Positions 18,804 through 27,673 of a DNA stretch of 64,000 nt are shown piece after piece. The position numbers and the translations under genes are program-made. This DNA comes from a virus. Lineage: Duplodnaviria; Caudoviricetes. The notes below the pieces were generated by a model that did no database searches, had not been told where the DNA came from, and saw only the letters and a program-made list of their open reading frames with translations. Where the stretch lies: positions 20,013 to 84,012 of the IMG/VR virus record IMGVR_UViG_3300037466_002336, one strand, 5' to 3'. Position 1 is the first letter of the stretch. Each line of letters starts with the position of its first letter.

Positions 18804-20006
18804 ATGCGGAACCACCTCAGACGGTGGGGACACGTTCACGCGGTCGCGCTTGTCGCGGTCGGGTTCCTCGTCGCGTTCTTCGCCGGGGCGTTCTCGACGA
18901 ACTTCAAGACGGTGTTCGGTCAGAAGCTCAACGGCACCGGGCAGAGCATCTACACGCACGTCGCCGACCGCGGCGTGGAGCAGGGGCAGAAGCGCAGCGA
19001 CGTCAACCTGCCACCACAGGTGGTCGCGCAGCTCAACGCGGCGAACGAGCAGGCGGCGAAGCAGCAGACGACGCATCCGCATCCGCTCGCGACACCCGAG
19101 CCTTCGATGGTCACGTCGCTGGTTCGCAACTACTCGAGCCGCAACGGGACACATCCGGCGCTGCTCGTCGTGCACGACACCGAATCACCGAACGCGCCGG
19201 GTGACCAGGACCTACGGGCGATCGACGCATGGTTCAACAATCCGGCGTCGCGGGCTTCGTCGAACTACACCACCGACGCTGACGGCAACACGCTGCTGCT
19301 GGTGCGCGACACCGACAAGGCGTGGACGCAGGCTTACTTCAACCCGTGGTCGATCTCGGACGAGCTGATCGGGTATGCGTCGCAGACGACGTGGCCGACG
19401 TTGCAGCTTCAGACGGTCGCACGGCTGTTCGCGGCGGAGGCGAAGAAGTGGGGCATCCCGATCCAGCCGGGGGCGGTGTCCGGCTGCCGCATCCTGCGCG
19501 CAGGGATCGTGCAGCACTCCGACCTTGGTGTGTGCGGCGGCGGCCACCACGACGCGGGTCCCGCGTTCCCGATGGGCAAGTTCATCGGGCTGGTGAAGAT
19601 GTACGCGGACGGCGGCAACGTGTCGCCGCAGGTCGCGAAGCTTCGTGCGCGCACCGGCTACTTCGCGTGGCTCGCCTGGTATCTCGGAGAGGCCGCATGG
19701 TCGTCGTACGGGCCGCGGGCAAGGTCGGTGCGTCCGAATGTGCCGGGCAGAACACCGGCGGCGTGGTGGCAGCGGGAGCGCGCGTTCGTTGCGCACCGTG
19801 TCCGAACACAGCAGACCGTGCGCGCCCGGCTGGTCGCCGGCCTGCGCACCCGCACCGGATACTGGTCGTGGCTCGCTTGGTATATCGGGGCGGGCGACTG
19901 GCGGACGCTCGGCCGGAGGTACCTGCCCGCGCGCCCTGACGTGCCCCATGCGATCCCGGCCGCCTGGTGGCGTGTCGAGGTCGCGCACGTGACGGCGGCC
20001 CGGTAA
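18804..20006 (+). CDS. Endolysin: N-terminal TM, Amidase_2 domain, two Trp-rich C-terminal repeats
   Basis: LLVVHDTE, ASSNY, AWTQ, SISDEL, QHSDLG..GHHDAG amidase motifs. Confidence 0.85.
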   Translation: MRNHLRRWGHVHAVALVAVGFLVAFFAGAFSTNFKTVFGQKLNGTGQSIYTHVADRGVEQGQKRSDVNLPPQVVAQLNAANEQAAKQQTTHPHPLATPEPSMVTSLVRNYSSRNGTHPALLVVHDTESPNAPGDQDLRAIDAWFNNPASRASSNYTTDADGNTLLLVRDTDKAWTQAYFNPWSISDELIGYASQTTWPTLQLQTVARLFAAEAKKWGIPIQPGAVSGCRILRAGIVQHSDLGVCGGGHHDAGPAFPMGKFIGLVKMYADGGNVSPQVAKLRARTGYFAWLAWYLGEAAWSSYGPRARSVRPNVPGRTPAAWWQRERAFVAHRVRTQQTVRARLVAGLRTRTGYWSWLAWYIGAGDWRTLGRRYLPARPDVPHAIPAAWWRVEVAHVTAAR

Positions 20007-20065
20007 GCCGAACAGTCCGCACCAGGGACGCGCGCGCGTCCGGTTTCTAGATCGAGGTCACACGG

Positions 20066-21400
20066 ATGACGGAACTCACCTGTCTTGGCGACCAGCTCAC
20101 CGACGAGTGGTGGAAGGACAAGGAGAAGCTCGAGCATGAGTGCGCGGTGCACGGCGGCAACTCGGCGATCGCGGAGGCGCACGGAGGGGGCGAAGCGACG
20201 TATCGGCGGTGGCGCGGCCGTCACGGCATCCCGAAGTCGAAGGCGACTGCGCATCCGCGGCCGGAGCCTCTGAAGTCTCCGGCGCACGGCCAGGAGCCAG
20301 GGTTGCGCGTCGACTTCGTCCGCGGCCGTGCCACCTTGGTGACCGACCCGCAGGACGTGCGTGAGAACCCCGAGCTCGGTGACGCCGATACGTTGATCCG
20401 TGAGCGCGGCCTTGACCCGGCCGAGTGGCTGGTCGAGCGCGTCAAGGTCAACGAGTGGCAGGGCTTCTACAAGAACCCGAAGGGCGACGGGTTTGTGCCG
20501 GAGGTCGTCACGTTGCGGCAGCTTGTCGCGACGCTGCGCCGGAAGCCGCCGCTCGAGCTGATCTTTCCGGCGGCGGAGGTGCGTGAACGGAAGCCGCTGA
20601 AGTCCACAAAGCCGACAACGGCCGCACGGCTGATCGTGTGCCTCGGCGACCAACAGGCCGACTATCACGACGAGCAGCTCCACCAGGCGTTCTTGCGGTG
20701 GGCGACCGAGGTGCAACCCGACGAGGCGGTGTTGCTCGGTGACACCTCCGACTTCCCGACGATCTCACGGCACCCGGACCGGCCGCACTGGAACTCGACG
20801 CCGCAACGGTGCATCGACGAGTCTTACCGGCTGCTGTCGGAGTACCGGGACGTGATGCCTGATGCACGGATGCGGAAGCTGCGCGGCAACCACGACTGGC
20901 GCCTCGAATCCGAGTTGCTCACACGGGCGGAGCGCATGTTCGGCCTTGCGCCGGCGCCGATCGCTGGCGAGGAGCAGGTGCCCGGAAGCTCAATCCGGCG
21001 TCTGTTGCACCTCGACGCGTTGCACATCGAGCTCGTCGGGCGTGAGGGTGACAAGTGGGAGATCGCCGAGCTCGAGTTTGCGCCGGGTGTGTGGGCGCGG
21101 CACCAGCCGCCGAACCTGAAGAAGCATCTGCGGCTCAACCGTGACGTCGTTGCAGGCGACACGCACCGGCAGATCATCCGTCACGTGACGGTGTTCAACG
21201 ACCACGACGAGCCGGTGGTGCGCACGCTCGTCGAGGCGGGCTGCATGTGCCGCACCGACGGCCTCGGCTACACGGAGCACCCGGACTGGCAGCCGGGGTT
21301 CGTGACGGTCGCGGTCGGAGCGGACGGCGAGAAGTCGTATGACCTGGCTGTGTGGCGCAACGGGCGCCTCACGTGGAGAGGAGAGACATGGACGGGGTAG
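20066..21400 (+). CDS. Calcineurin-like metallophosphoesterase with N-terminal extension
   Basis: GDQQ, GDTSD, GNHD, GDTHR, EAGCMC motifs. Confidence 0.8.
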   Translation: MTELTCLGDQLTDEWWKDKEKLEHECAVHGGNSAIAEAHGGGEATYRRWRGRHGIPKSKATAHPRPEPLKSPAHGQEPGLRVDFVRGRATLVTDPQDVRENPELGDADTLIRERGLDPAEWLVERVKVNEWQGFYKNPKGDGFVPEVVTLRQLVATLRRKPPLELIFPAAEVRERKPLKSTKPTTAARLIVCLGDQQADYHDEQLHQAFLRWATEVQPDEAVLLGDTSDFPTISRHPDRPHWNSTPQRCIDESYRLLSEYRDVMPDARMRKLRGNHDWRLESELLTRAERMFGLAPAPIAGEEQVPGSSIRRLLHLDALHIELVGREGDKWEIAELEFAPGVWARHQPPNLKKHLRLNRDVVAGDTHRQIIRHVTVFNDHDEPVVRTLVEAGCMCRTDGLGYTEHPDWQPGFVTVAVGADGEKSYDLAVWRNGRLTWRGETWTG

Positions 21401-21402
21401 CA

Positions 21403-21741
21403 ATGACGGCGACGGAGCGCGCGCAAGCGCTGGTGGACGGTGAGCGGCATAAGGTGTACGGCCATCCTCTCCCGAACCACGAACGCATAGCGGCGTTCTG
21501 GACGGTGCGTCTCGCCGACAAGCTGAAAGACGACGCGGTCATCGAGCCGCACGAGGCGGCGGCGTGCATGCGGCTGGTCAAGGAGTCACGGCTGATCGAG
21601 ACGCCAGGGCACGACGACAGCCTCGTCGACATCTCCGGCTACTCGCAGGTCGAGCACCTGATCCATGAGGGGTATCGCGCCTGGCCGCTGTCGCGGCTCG
21701 CACGCCTGTTCGGGTTCCGCAACGCACGCGAGAGGGGGTGA
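21403..21741 (+). CDS. DUF6378-like protein (start 21388 also possible)
   Basis: ER..VYGHP...HERIAAFW...VKESRL...HDDSLVDISGY. Confidence 0.7.
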   Translation: MTATERAQALVDGERHKVYGHPLPNHERIAAFWTVRLADKLKDDAVIEPHEAAACMRLVKESRLIETPGHDDSLVDISGYSQVEHLIHEGYRAWPLSRLARLFGFRNARERG

Positions 21742-21746
21742 TCTAG

Positions 21747-22067
21747 ATGACGTTCCTCGCGAAGATCAAGTACCTCGTGCACCACGTTCCGGCGCCGGCG
21801 CGCGGGGCGGTGGAGACGACGGCGGTCGCGGGCGGTGTCGCGTTCGTCGCGACGTTCAAGCCGTTGCTTCCGGCGCTCGTCGGTGACCCGTCGCTTCCGA
21901 CGGCGAAGGCGGCGCTGCTGATGGCGGCAACGGCCGCGCTTGCCGCGGCGTACCACGCAGGGAAGGCGTCGCTCAAGTCGCTCGCTGCGAAGTGGGCGGC
22001 GATCCCTGTCAACACGACGGCGGCTCAGCCGCAGCCTGTCGACCCTGCCGCGACGACGAACGGCTAG
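21747..22067 (+). CDS. Holin-like membrane protein
   Basis: Two hydrophobic helices, last gene of the late operon. Confidence 0.55.
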   Translation: MTFLAKIKYLVHHVPAPARGAVETTAVAGGVAFVATFKPLLPALVGDPSLPTAKAALLMAATAALAAAYHAGKASLKSLAAKWAAIPVNTTAAQPQPVDPAATTNG

Positions 22068-22095
22068 AACCAGCTTCCGGCCTTCGGGTCGGAAC

Positions 22096-22138
22096 GGAGG
22101 GCCGCCGGGTGCCCGCTACCCCCGCCCGGCGGCCCTCC
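22096..22138 (+). terminator. Terminator of rightward late operon
   Basis: 14-bp perfect stem GGAGGGCCGCCGGG/CCCGGCGGCCCTCC followed by TCCTT. Confidence 0.7.
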
Positions 22139-22204
22139 TCCTTACGTCACTTTGTACGGAGGCGCGCTACCGTGGCGGGGCGCACCGCATTGCGCGGGCT
22201 GATA

Positions 22205-22252
22205 TAGCGGGCGGGGACCTGGCTCATGGGGTGGGCCCTGCCCCGCCCGCTA
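22205..22252 (-). terminator. Hairpin, probable terminator of leftward unit
   Basis: 12-bp stem TAGCGGGCGGGG/CCCCGCCCGCTA between convergent genes. Confidence 0.55.
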
Positions 22253-22380
22253 AGACCCGCTCTCGCTCGAGCGTCTGTGCGACAACGGGCTGGCGCCCAC
22301 CGTACAGCAGCCGCCGAACGACGGAGCAAGGTCCATACCCCCGTTTCCGTGCCGACGCGGGGGTTCCTTCGCCTGTCGGT

Positions 22381-22605
22381 CTAGGCGCTCGCGGTCAGAC
22401 CGGCACGCTCCGCGTACCGCCGCTCGCCTTCCTCCGACACACACGCCGACACGTGAAGCAGGTAGTCGGTGGTGGTCGCGTCGGCGACGTGCTCGAGGGC
22501 GGTGTGCCCCAACCACCGAGCCACGTTGTGCCAGGCGAACAGGTGCACGCGAGCGATCAGCTCGTCGTCGAGGTGGGCGAACTCTGTGATGTCGATGTCC
22601 TGCAT
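22381..22605 (-). CDS. Hypothetical protein, 74 aa
   Basis: RBS GGGGGTAG upstream on minus strand; plausible composition. Confidence 0.55.
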   Translation of the reverse strand: MQDIDITEFAHLDDELIARVHLFAWHNVARWLGHTALEHVADATTTDYLLHVSACVSEEGERRYAERAGLTASA

Positions 22606-22750
22606 GGCTACCCCCTAGCCCGTTGTCGCCCGAGGAATCTACGCAGGCCACCGGACGGCTTGGTTACGTCATTTCAACAGACGCGACATCCTCCGGTCCT
22701 TCAGAAGCCGCCCTCCGGTTTGACACGCCGGACAGTAGTAGTAGGTGGTT

Positions 22751-22808
22751 CCGCGGGTGACGCTCTGTTTCGAGTACGTGTGATCGCGAAACCGGGCGTC
22801 ACTCGTGG
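22751..22808. other. Candidate attP for the serine integrase
   Basis: Imperfect palindrome, core 22757-22802 with 16/21 arm matches around central GTGT, just downstream of the integrase. Confidence 0.5.
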
Positions 22809-22851
22809 TGCAGCGCAAACCCGCATGGCTGCTTGGTTTGCGCATCTTCGG

Positions 22852-24339
22852 CTACGTGAACCATCCGATCGCGAGCCGGGAGCCGATGGTGCGTTCCGTC
22901 TCTCGACCGCGCTGCGCCGTCGACGGCTTCACCACGATCTCGTGGATCTGGAGCCGCAGCGCCTTGCGCTTCGCTTCGATGGTCGCGGTCGACCACAGGT
23001 CGAGCACGCTGCGCTCGAGCGGGCGCACCGTCTTGACGAGCCGTTCGAACTCCTCGGCTTCCTCACGGCGGTCCTCGCGCTCCGCGCTGTAGCGGGCGAA
23101 CTGGCGGTGGTACTCGTCCTCGGCCAGCGTGCCCTTCATGAACCGCTGGTCGGCGAGCGTGTCGAGGGCACGGTCGAGCTCGGCGATCCGGTTGCGCGCC
23201 TTGTCCGCCTTGCGCTGCCACACCTTCTGCTGCTGCGTCCGCTTCATCCGGCCGTCGTGCGGCATCCGCTTCGGGTCGAACCTGCGAAGGAACCGACCCT
23301 CGACGTGCGGCTCGACGAGGTGAGCTGCGATCTGCACAGGTTGCGCGCACCGGACGGCGGCGTTGTCGACTTGACAGCGGTACCGGCGCTGAGTCGAGTC
23401 GTACCGCATCCGGTAGCCGCACGAGTGGCAAACCAACAGACCGACGAGGAGCGCGTTCGACCGTCCGCGGGCGATGCCGTTCGCGTGCCCGGCCATCGCC
23501 TGTACACGCTCCCACTGTTCGCGCGTGACGATCGCGGGATGGCTCGCGTCGATGAGGTCGCCGTCGGCGAGCCTGACCATTCCGGCGTAGATCGGGTTGC
23601 GCAGCATGGCGAGGATTGTCGGCTTGGCCCACCATTCGTGGCCGCGCGGTGACCGGTGCCCGTGCGCGTGCAGCGCGTTCCTGATGTCGCCGTAGGTGGC
23701 GCCAGAGGCCCGCATATCGAACATGAGCCGGAGCGCCGGCGCCTGGGCGTCCTCAATGCCAACGATGCGTGCGGTTCGGGTGCCGTCGTCCTTCACGATG
23801 CGGTAGCCGTACGCACCGGACGGCACGTGCGCGTGACCCTGTCGCCGCTGGTTCGCGTGGAAGTTGCGCCATTCCTCCCCGATGCGCTCCGACTCGAACT
23901 CGGACAGCGCGAACAGGATGTTGCGGAGGAGGTTCCCGGCGACGGTGCCGGTGTCGATGTCCTCGGTGACTGACACGAGCGTGACGCCGGCGCGCTCGAG
24001 CACGTCGACGGCGGCGGAGGCGTCCTTCACCGACCGGGCGAACCGGGTCAGCCTGTACACCGCGATCGTCTCGAACTTGCCTTCGGCGGCGTCGGCCATC
24101 ATGCGCTCGAACTCCGGCCGCCTGACTCCCTTCCTACCTGAGACGTCGAGGTCGATGTACCAGTGGACGACACGGCAGCCGCGGTAGTTGGCCCACGCTT
24201 CGATCTTCTCGCGCTGGATGACGTCCGAGAGCAGGTCCTCGCCTTGTTCGCGGCCCATCAGCGCGCTGATGCGGATGTACCCGGCGACGCGACGCGGCGG
24301 TGTGGGCAGGTTTGCGGAGGTTCGCCTAATAGCAGTCAT
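22852..24339 (-). CDS. int: Large serine integrase/recombinase
   Basis: GYIRIS catalytic Ser, DLDVSG, YRLTRFARS, recombinase domain LRNPIYAG, Zn ribbon CHSCG, coiled coil; ATG 24339 with TATAAA 6 nt upstream (possibly leaderless). Confidence 0.92.
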   Translation of the reverse strand: MTAIRRTSANLPTPPRRVAGYIRISALMGREQGEDLLSDVIQREKIEAWANYRGCRVVHWYIDLDVSGRKGVRRPEFERMMADAAEGKFETIAVYRLTRFARSVKDASAAVDVLERAGVTLVSVTEDIDTGTVAGNLLRNILFALSEFESERIGEEWRNFHANQRRQGHAHVPSGAYGYRIVKDDGTRTARIVGIEDAQAPALRLMFDMRASGATYGDIRNALHAHGHRSPRGHEWWAKPTILAMLRNPIYAGMVRLADGDLIDASHPAIVTREQWERVQAMAGHANGIARGRSNALLVGLLVCHSCGYRMRYDSTQRRYRCQVDNAAVRCAQPVQIAAHLVEPHVEGRFLRRFDPKRMPHDGRMKRTQQQKVWQRKADKARNRIAELDRALDTLADQRFMKGTLAEDEYHRQFARYSAEREDRREEAEEFERLVKTVRPLERSVLDLWSTATIEAKRKALRLQIHEIVVKPSTAQRGRETERTIGSRLAIGWFT

Positions 24340-24431
24340 GAGGTTTTTATACGGTGTACTCCGAAATGGGGATGGCGATGTCTGGAAAGGGTGGTAGGGT
24401 AGCCCGACTCGCGCTGTCTGATGGCAACGCG

Positions 24432-24932
24432 ATGAAGGTGGCCGCAACAACAATCATGGGGGTAGCAGCTTTGGAGCATGTAATCCGGTCCGCCGCTGAC
24501 GTTCGGACAGGTGGCGACGACGACCGCGACTTGGTGGCGCGCGACTCGGAGCCGCGGATGATGGCGGCGTACGTGCTGGTGCAGGTGGCGCGGCTGAGCA
24601 TGAGAGCGGCGCTCGCGCTTGTCCCGAAAGACCATCCTTGGTACGTCGCGGTCGGCGGCACGGTCAACGCCGTCGACGGACAGATGCGCCGCCATCCTCG
24701 GTGGGGGCTCGTTTCCCGTCGCGGCAGCCGCAACCTGACACGCAATCTGTGGGTCACGGTCGCGCTGCTCGTGGTGGCGCTGCTGGTCAGCGACAGCCTC
24801 GCGATCGGCCCGGTCGACCTCGGGTTGATCCACGACCAACACATCGGCCTTCATCATCTGCTGCACCTTCCGTGGTGGGGCGGCGCCGACCAGAACGCAC
24901 CCGACTTCTTCGGGTTGCGTCTGCCGTGGTGA
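24432..24932 (+). CDS. Putative membrane protein between integrase and repressor (start uncertain)
   Basis: GC3-rich frame from about 24500; TM segment LWVTVALLVVALLVS. Confidence 0.4.
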   Translation: MKVAATTIMGVAALEHVIRSAADVRTGGDDDRDLVARDSEPRMMAAYVLVQVARLSMRAALALVPKDHPWYVAVGGTVNAVDGQMRRHPRWGLVSRRGSRNLTRNLWVTVALLVVALLVSDSLAIGPVDLGLIHDQHIGLHHLLHLPWWGGADQNAPDFFGLRLPW

Positions 24933-24988
24933 TCTGAACGGCGGGCGGTGACGGACCGTGGGGGTGTCCGTTGCCGCCCGCCGTTCGT

Positions 24989-25360
24989 TTACGCTCGGCG
25001 TCGCGCGCGTCGACCGGTGGACGCGACTGACGCCCACCGGTCGAAGTTCTCCAACGCACGCTCGAGGCCGACGTTGCGCGGGTCGAACAGCTCCCGGGCC
25101 TCGTTGAGTCGGTACTCGACGAAGTAGCGCGGGTCGATGTCGAGCACGCGCGCGCATTCCTCCATCACGGCGGGCGTCGGTTCGCGTTCCCCGGCGAGTG
25201 CCTTTCGGAGCGTCTCGTAGTGCACGCCGTCGAGCTCGTTGGCGAACACGTGCCAGTTCGGGTTGCCGGCGCTCGTGAGCCATCCGGTGTTCCCGGCGTC
25301 TCGGACGAGGTTGCTCATTGCGCGGCCGAAGCGCGCGCGGCTCGGTTCGACTCTCCTCAT
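24989..25360 (-). CDS. XRE-like HTH immunity repressor candidate
   Basis: FANELDGVHYETLRKALAGEREPT...ARVLDIDPRYF; leftward gene facing the divergent early operon. Confidence 0.7.
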   Translation of the reverse strand: MRRVEPSRARFGRAMSNLVRDAGNTGWLTSAGNPNWHVFANELDGVHYETLRKALAGEREPTPAVMEECARVLDIDPRYFVEYRLNEARELFDPRNVGLERALENFDRWASVASTGRRARRRA

Positions 25361-25644
25361 TGGTGCTGCTACCCCCTGCGTTGGTGGTTAACCCTTCGGG
25401 TTTTACCGATGGGTTAAGTGGCTGAGTGTAATAAACATTCCGGCTGTACGCAAGACGTACATCCGTGGTTGACGGTGCCCACCTTCACCTAGCCGGTAAA
25501 CGTCGCGGGCGCCCACACCGGCCGTCACGCCGACGCCTTCACAAAGATTTCAGACAATCAGTGGTGGAAAACCCTTGCGCTACGTTGCAAACCCCGGTAC
25601 CGTTGCACCGCACTAGAGGCAACCGAGCGAGGGAGGCAGCAAGC
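25361..25644. promoter_or_regulatory. Divergent lysis/lysogeny control region
   Basis: AT-richer; palindromes TTAACCC/GGGTTAA (25388-25417) and TGTACG-N5-CGTACA (25445-25461). Confidence 0.6.
25610..25620 (+). promoter_or_regulatory. Start-associated motif GCACTAGAGGC (copy 5, first early gene)
   Basis: Exact 11-mer, preceded by CGTTGCAAA-N11-TTGCA as at copy 2. Confidence 0.75.
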
Positions 25645-25830
25645 ATGGCAACACCGCACGCACTGGACACGTTCGACCCGTACTGCCCCATCTGCGCGCC
25701 CGACGAGGACTGCGCAGCACAGCTCTGCGAGAGGCACTTCATCGAGCGGTGGAGCTTCACCCCGACCGAGAAGCTCGCGGCCGTCCGGCTTGCCGTGGAC
25801 ACCTTCGAAGTGTTCGAGGTGGCCGCGTGA
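25645..25830 (+). CDS. Small Cys-containing hypothetical
   Basis: ATG 25645 after GGGAGG; CPIC...C. Confidence 0.55.
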   Translation: MATPHALDTFDPYCPICAPDEDCAAQLCERHFIERWSFTPTEKLAAVRLAVDTFEVFEVAA

Positions 25831-25931
25831 AGATCACATTCCGCAACCGGCACACCGGCGCGACGTTCACCGTCGTCGGTGACGAAGCGGCAGCACGCAT
25901 GGACGCGCTCCCGTCATGGGACCGCGCATGA
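25827..25931 (+). CDS. Small hypothetical
   Basis: GTGA and ATGA overlaps at both ends. Confidence 0.4.
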   Translation: MKITFRNRHTGATFTVVGDEAAARMDALPSWDRA

Positions 25932-26383
25932 ACGGGCTGTGGGACGACGCCGAGGTCATCGCGGTCTACCCGCGGTCACAGGCGATCCTCGACGGTGTGC
26001 TCGTCCCGGTCACCGACCTGGTGCCGGACGAACCGAACTTCGCGCGCGACGCCGGGTTCACCTGTCACGTCGCGCTCACGTCGGCTCTCGCCGACCTGGT
26101 GATCCCAACCGACGCCGAGGCCGACCGGTTCTACCAGGACGTCAAGGGTCGCCTGTGGGACACGTTGAACATGGCGCGTCTGTACAAGCGCAACGTCACC
26201 GACGAGGGTGGCGACTGGCTGTTCCCTTGCATCTTCTGGATCAGCGATCGCAGCGGGTCGCGCTACCTGACGCGCAACGGTCGCCGCCGCACCGCACAGC
26301 TCACGTTCCACCTGTGGTGCTCGCTCGCGCCCGGCGACGACGGAGAACCCGTCGTGACCATCGGCTTCCCGGAGGACCGCTGA
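25928..26383 (+). CDS. DUF6573-like protein
   Basis: IAVYPRSQAILDGVLV...AGF...DVKGRLWDTL. Confidence 0.65.
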   Translation: MNGLWDDAEVIAVYPRSQAILDGVLVPVTDLVPDEPNFARDAGFTCHVALTSALADLVIPTDAEADRFYQDVKGRLWDTLNMARLYKRNVTDEGGDWLFPCIFWISDRSGSRYLTRNGRRRTAQLTFHLWCSLAPGDDGEPVVTIGFPEDR

Positions 26384-26571
26384 TGATGCCGGTGTTCGTC
26401 CGCGACTACAAGATGGTGCGCACCGACACCGGCCGCGAGGTCACCCACGGCTGCGACGAACTGCCGGAGACGGTCCCGGTCGTGTTCCTTTCGCACACAT
26501 CGGACGGCTGGATGGACGACGGCGGCTACGTGTGGTCGAAGGACCACGACGGCACCTGGAGGCGAGTGTGA
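26383..26571 (+). CDS. Small hypothetical
   Basis: Coupled start, GC3 bias. Confidence 0.45.
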   Translation: MMPVFVRDYKMVRTDTGREVTHGCDELPETVPVVFLSHTSDGWMDDGGYVWSKDHDGTWRRV

Positions 26572-26632
26572 TCGCCGTCGTTGCGGTCGTTGCCTGCGTC
26601 GTTGTGGTGTTCACGCTGATCAAGGCAAGCCT

Positions 26633-26785
26633 GTGAGCAAGCCAACCGAGAAGCTCGCCGAACGCGAGCTCGCATCAGACAAGGCGCACGAGGAGCTGTA
26701 CGAGCTGCTCGTCGCAGACGCGGCCGACCGCGTGCTCCCGGCACCGGCCGTCGACGAACAGGAGCGCGGGAAGGAGGCGGCATGA
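26633..26785 (+). CDS. Small hypothetical, 50 aa
   Basis: GTG start, ends with SD for next gene. Confidence 0.4.
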   Translation: MSKPTEKLAERELASDKAHEELYELLVADAADRVLPAPAVDEQERGKEAA

Positions 26786-27450
26786 CGGACACCGTCAGCG
26801 ATCTACTCGAGCGGCTTCGAAGAAGTTGCGCGAGGCCGGGGGAGGTAGTGGATTCCGACCCCGGCCCCGCACGCACTAGAGGCACTACCACCGAGGCAGG
26901 GTGGCAGCACTCCGCGCAGCATAGCGGCACACGACGATGTCCCGCCCCGCTGCCGGCGCCGCGCCGTGCGCTCGTCGGGCGGGCACACGACCACCTGGCC
27001 GGGTATCCGGCGGTGGTGTGGCGCGCCGCCGACGTCCCCGAACGGGTGGAGGCGGCGATCCGGCAGGCCGGAAGCGCGGCGCTGCTCGCCGACGAAGGCG
27101 ACAACGACCCGCCGTGCACCCCCTGCGACGAACGGCCGCCGTTGTGGGTGCTCCGCAAACCGAACGGGATGCCGAACTACGCGAACGCCGCCGAGATGGA
27201 GCGGTACCTCCGTGAGTCCGGCTGGCTGACGTGGAGCAGTAACGGCGGCGGCCGGTACACGCCACCCGACGACGCATGGGAGCGGTGGGTTGCCGAACAG
27301 AACGACCCGCGGCGTGTGCCGCCGGCGGCGAAGGTTCCGCACGCACTGGACGGCACGCCGGAGGACCGGCTGGCCGAGGCAACGGTCGACGAACCGGAAC
27401 GGCTGGACGTCGACCATGAACACGAAGGGGGTGAGCTGGTTGCCGCATAG
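26782..27450 (+). CDS. Hypothetical; true start probably internal
   Basis: 3' two-thirds look coding; 5' part contains both regulatory motifs. Confidence 0.4.
   Translation: MTDTVSDLLERLRRSCARPGEVVDSDPGPARTRGTTTEAGWQHSAQHSGTRRCPAPLPAPRRALVGRAHDHLAGYPAVVWRAADVPERVEAAIRQAGSAALLADEGDNDPPCTPCDERPPLWVLRKPNGMPNYANAAEMERYLRESGWLTWSSNGGGRYTPPDDAWERWVAEQNDPRRVPPAAKVPHALDGTPEDRLAEATVDEPERLDVDHEHEGGELVAA
26873..26883 (+). promoter_or_regulatory. Motif GCACTAGAGGC (copy 6)
   Basis: Exact 11-mer, 22 nt after GGAGGTAGTGG (26841-26851). Confidence 0.7.
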
Positions 27451-27673
27451 CGGGTTGACAGAGCGGCAGAGCGAGGTCGTGTTGCTGGTCGCGGCTGGCT
27501 ACTCGAACAGCGAGGCGGCCGACGAGCTCGGCATCAGCACGCGCACGGTCGAGATGCACGTCACCGCGATCAAGGCGAAGCTTGGCGTTGCGAAACGCCG
27601 GATGATCCCGCGGGCGTACATGCAGGCGACGGGGGAGAACCCGTACCCGACGCTCGAAACGGCGGCGGCGTGA
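27431..27673 (+). CDS. LuxR/GerE-type HTH regulator
   Basis: LTERQSEVVLLVAAGYSNSEAADELGISTRTVEMHVTAIKAKLG. Confidence 0.85.
   Translation: MSWLPHSGLTERQSEVVLLVAAGYSNSEAADELGISTRTVEMHVTAIKAKLGVAKRRMIPRAYMQATGENPYPTLETAAA

Noticed and set aside
20026-20041. Perfect 16-bp palindrome GGACGCGCGCGCGTCC
   Set aside because: Mostly a CG dinucleotide run, single copy, plausible by chance at this GC content
24347-24844. Minus-strand 165-aa ORF upstream of the integrase
   Set aside because: Ser/Arg-rich with poor codon bias; the plus-strand frame fits better
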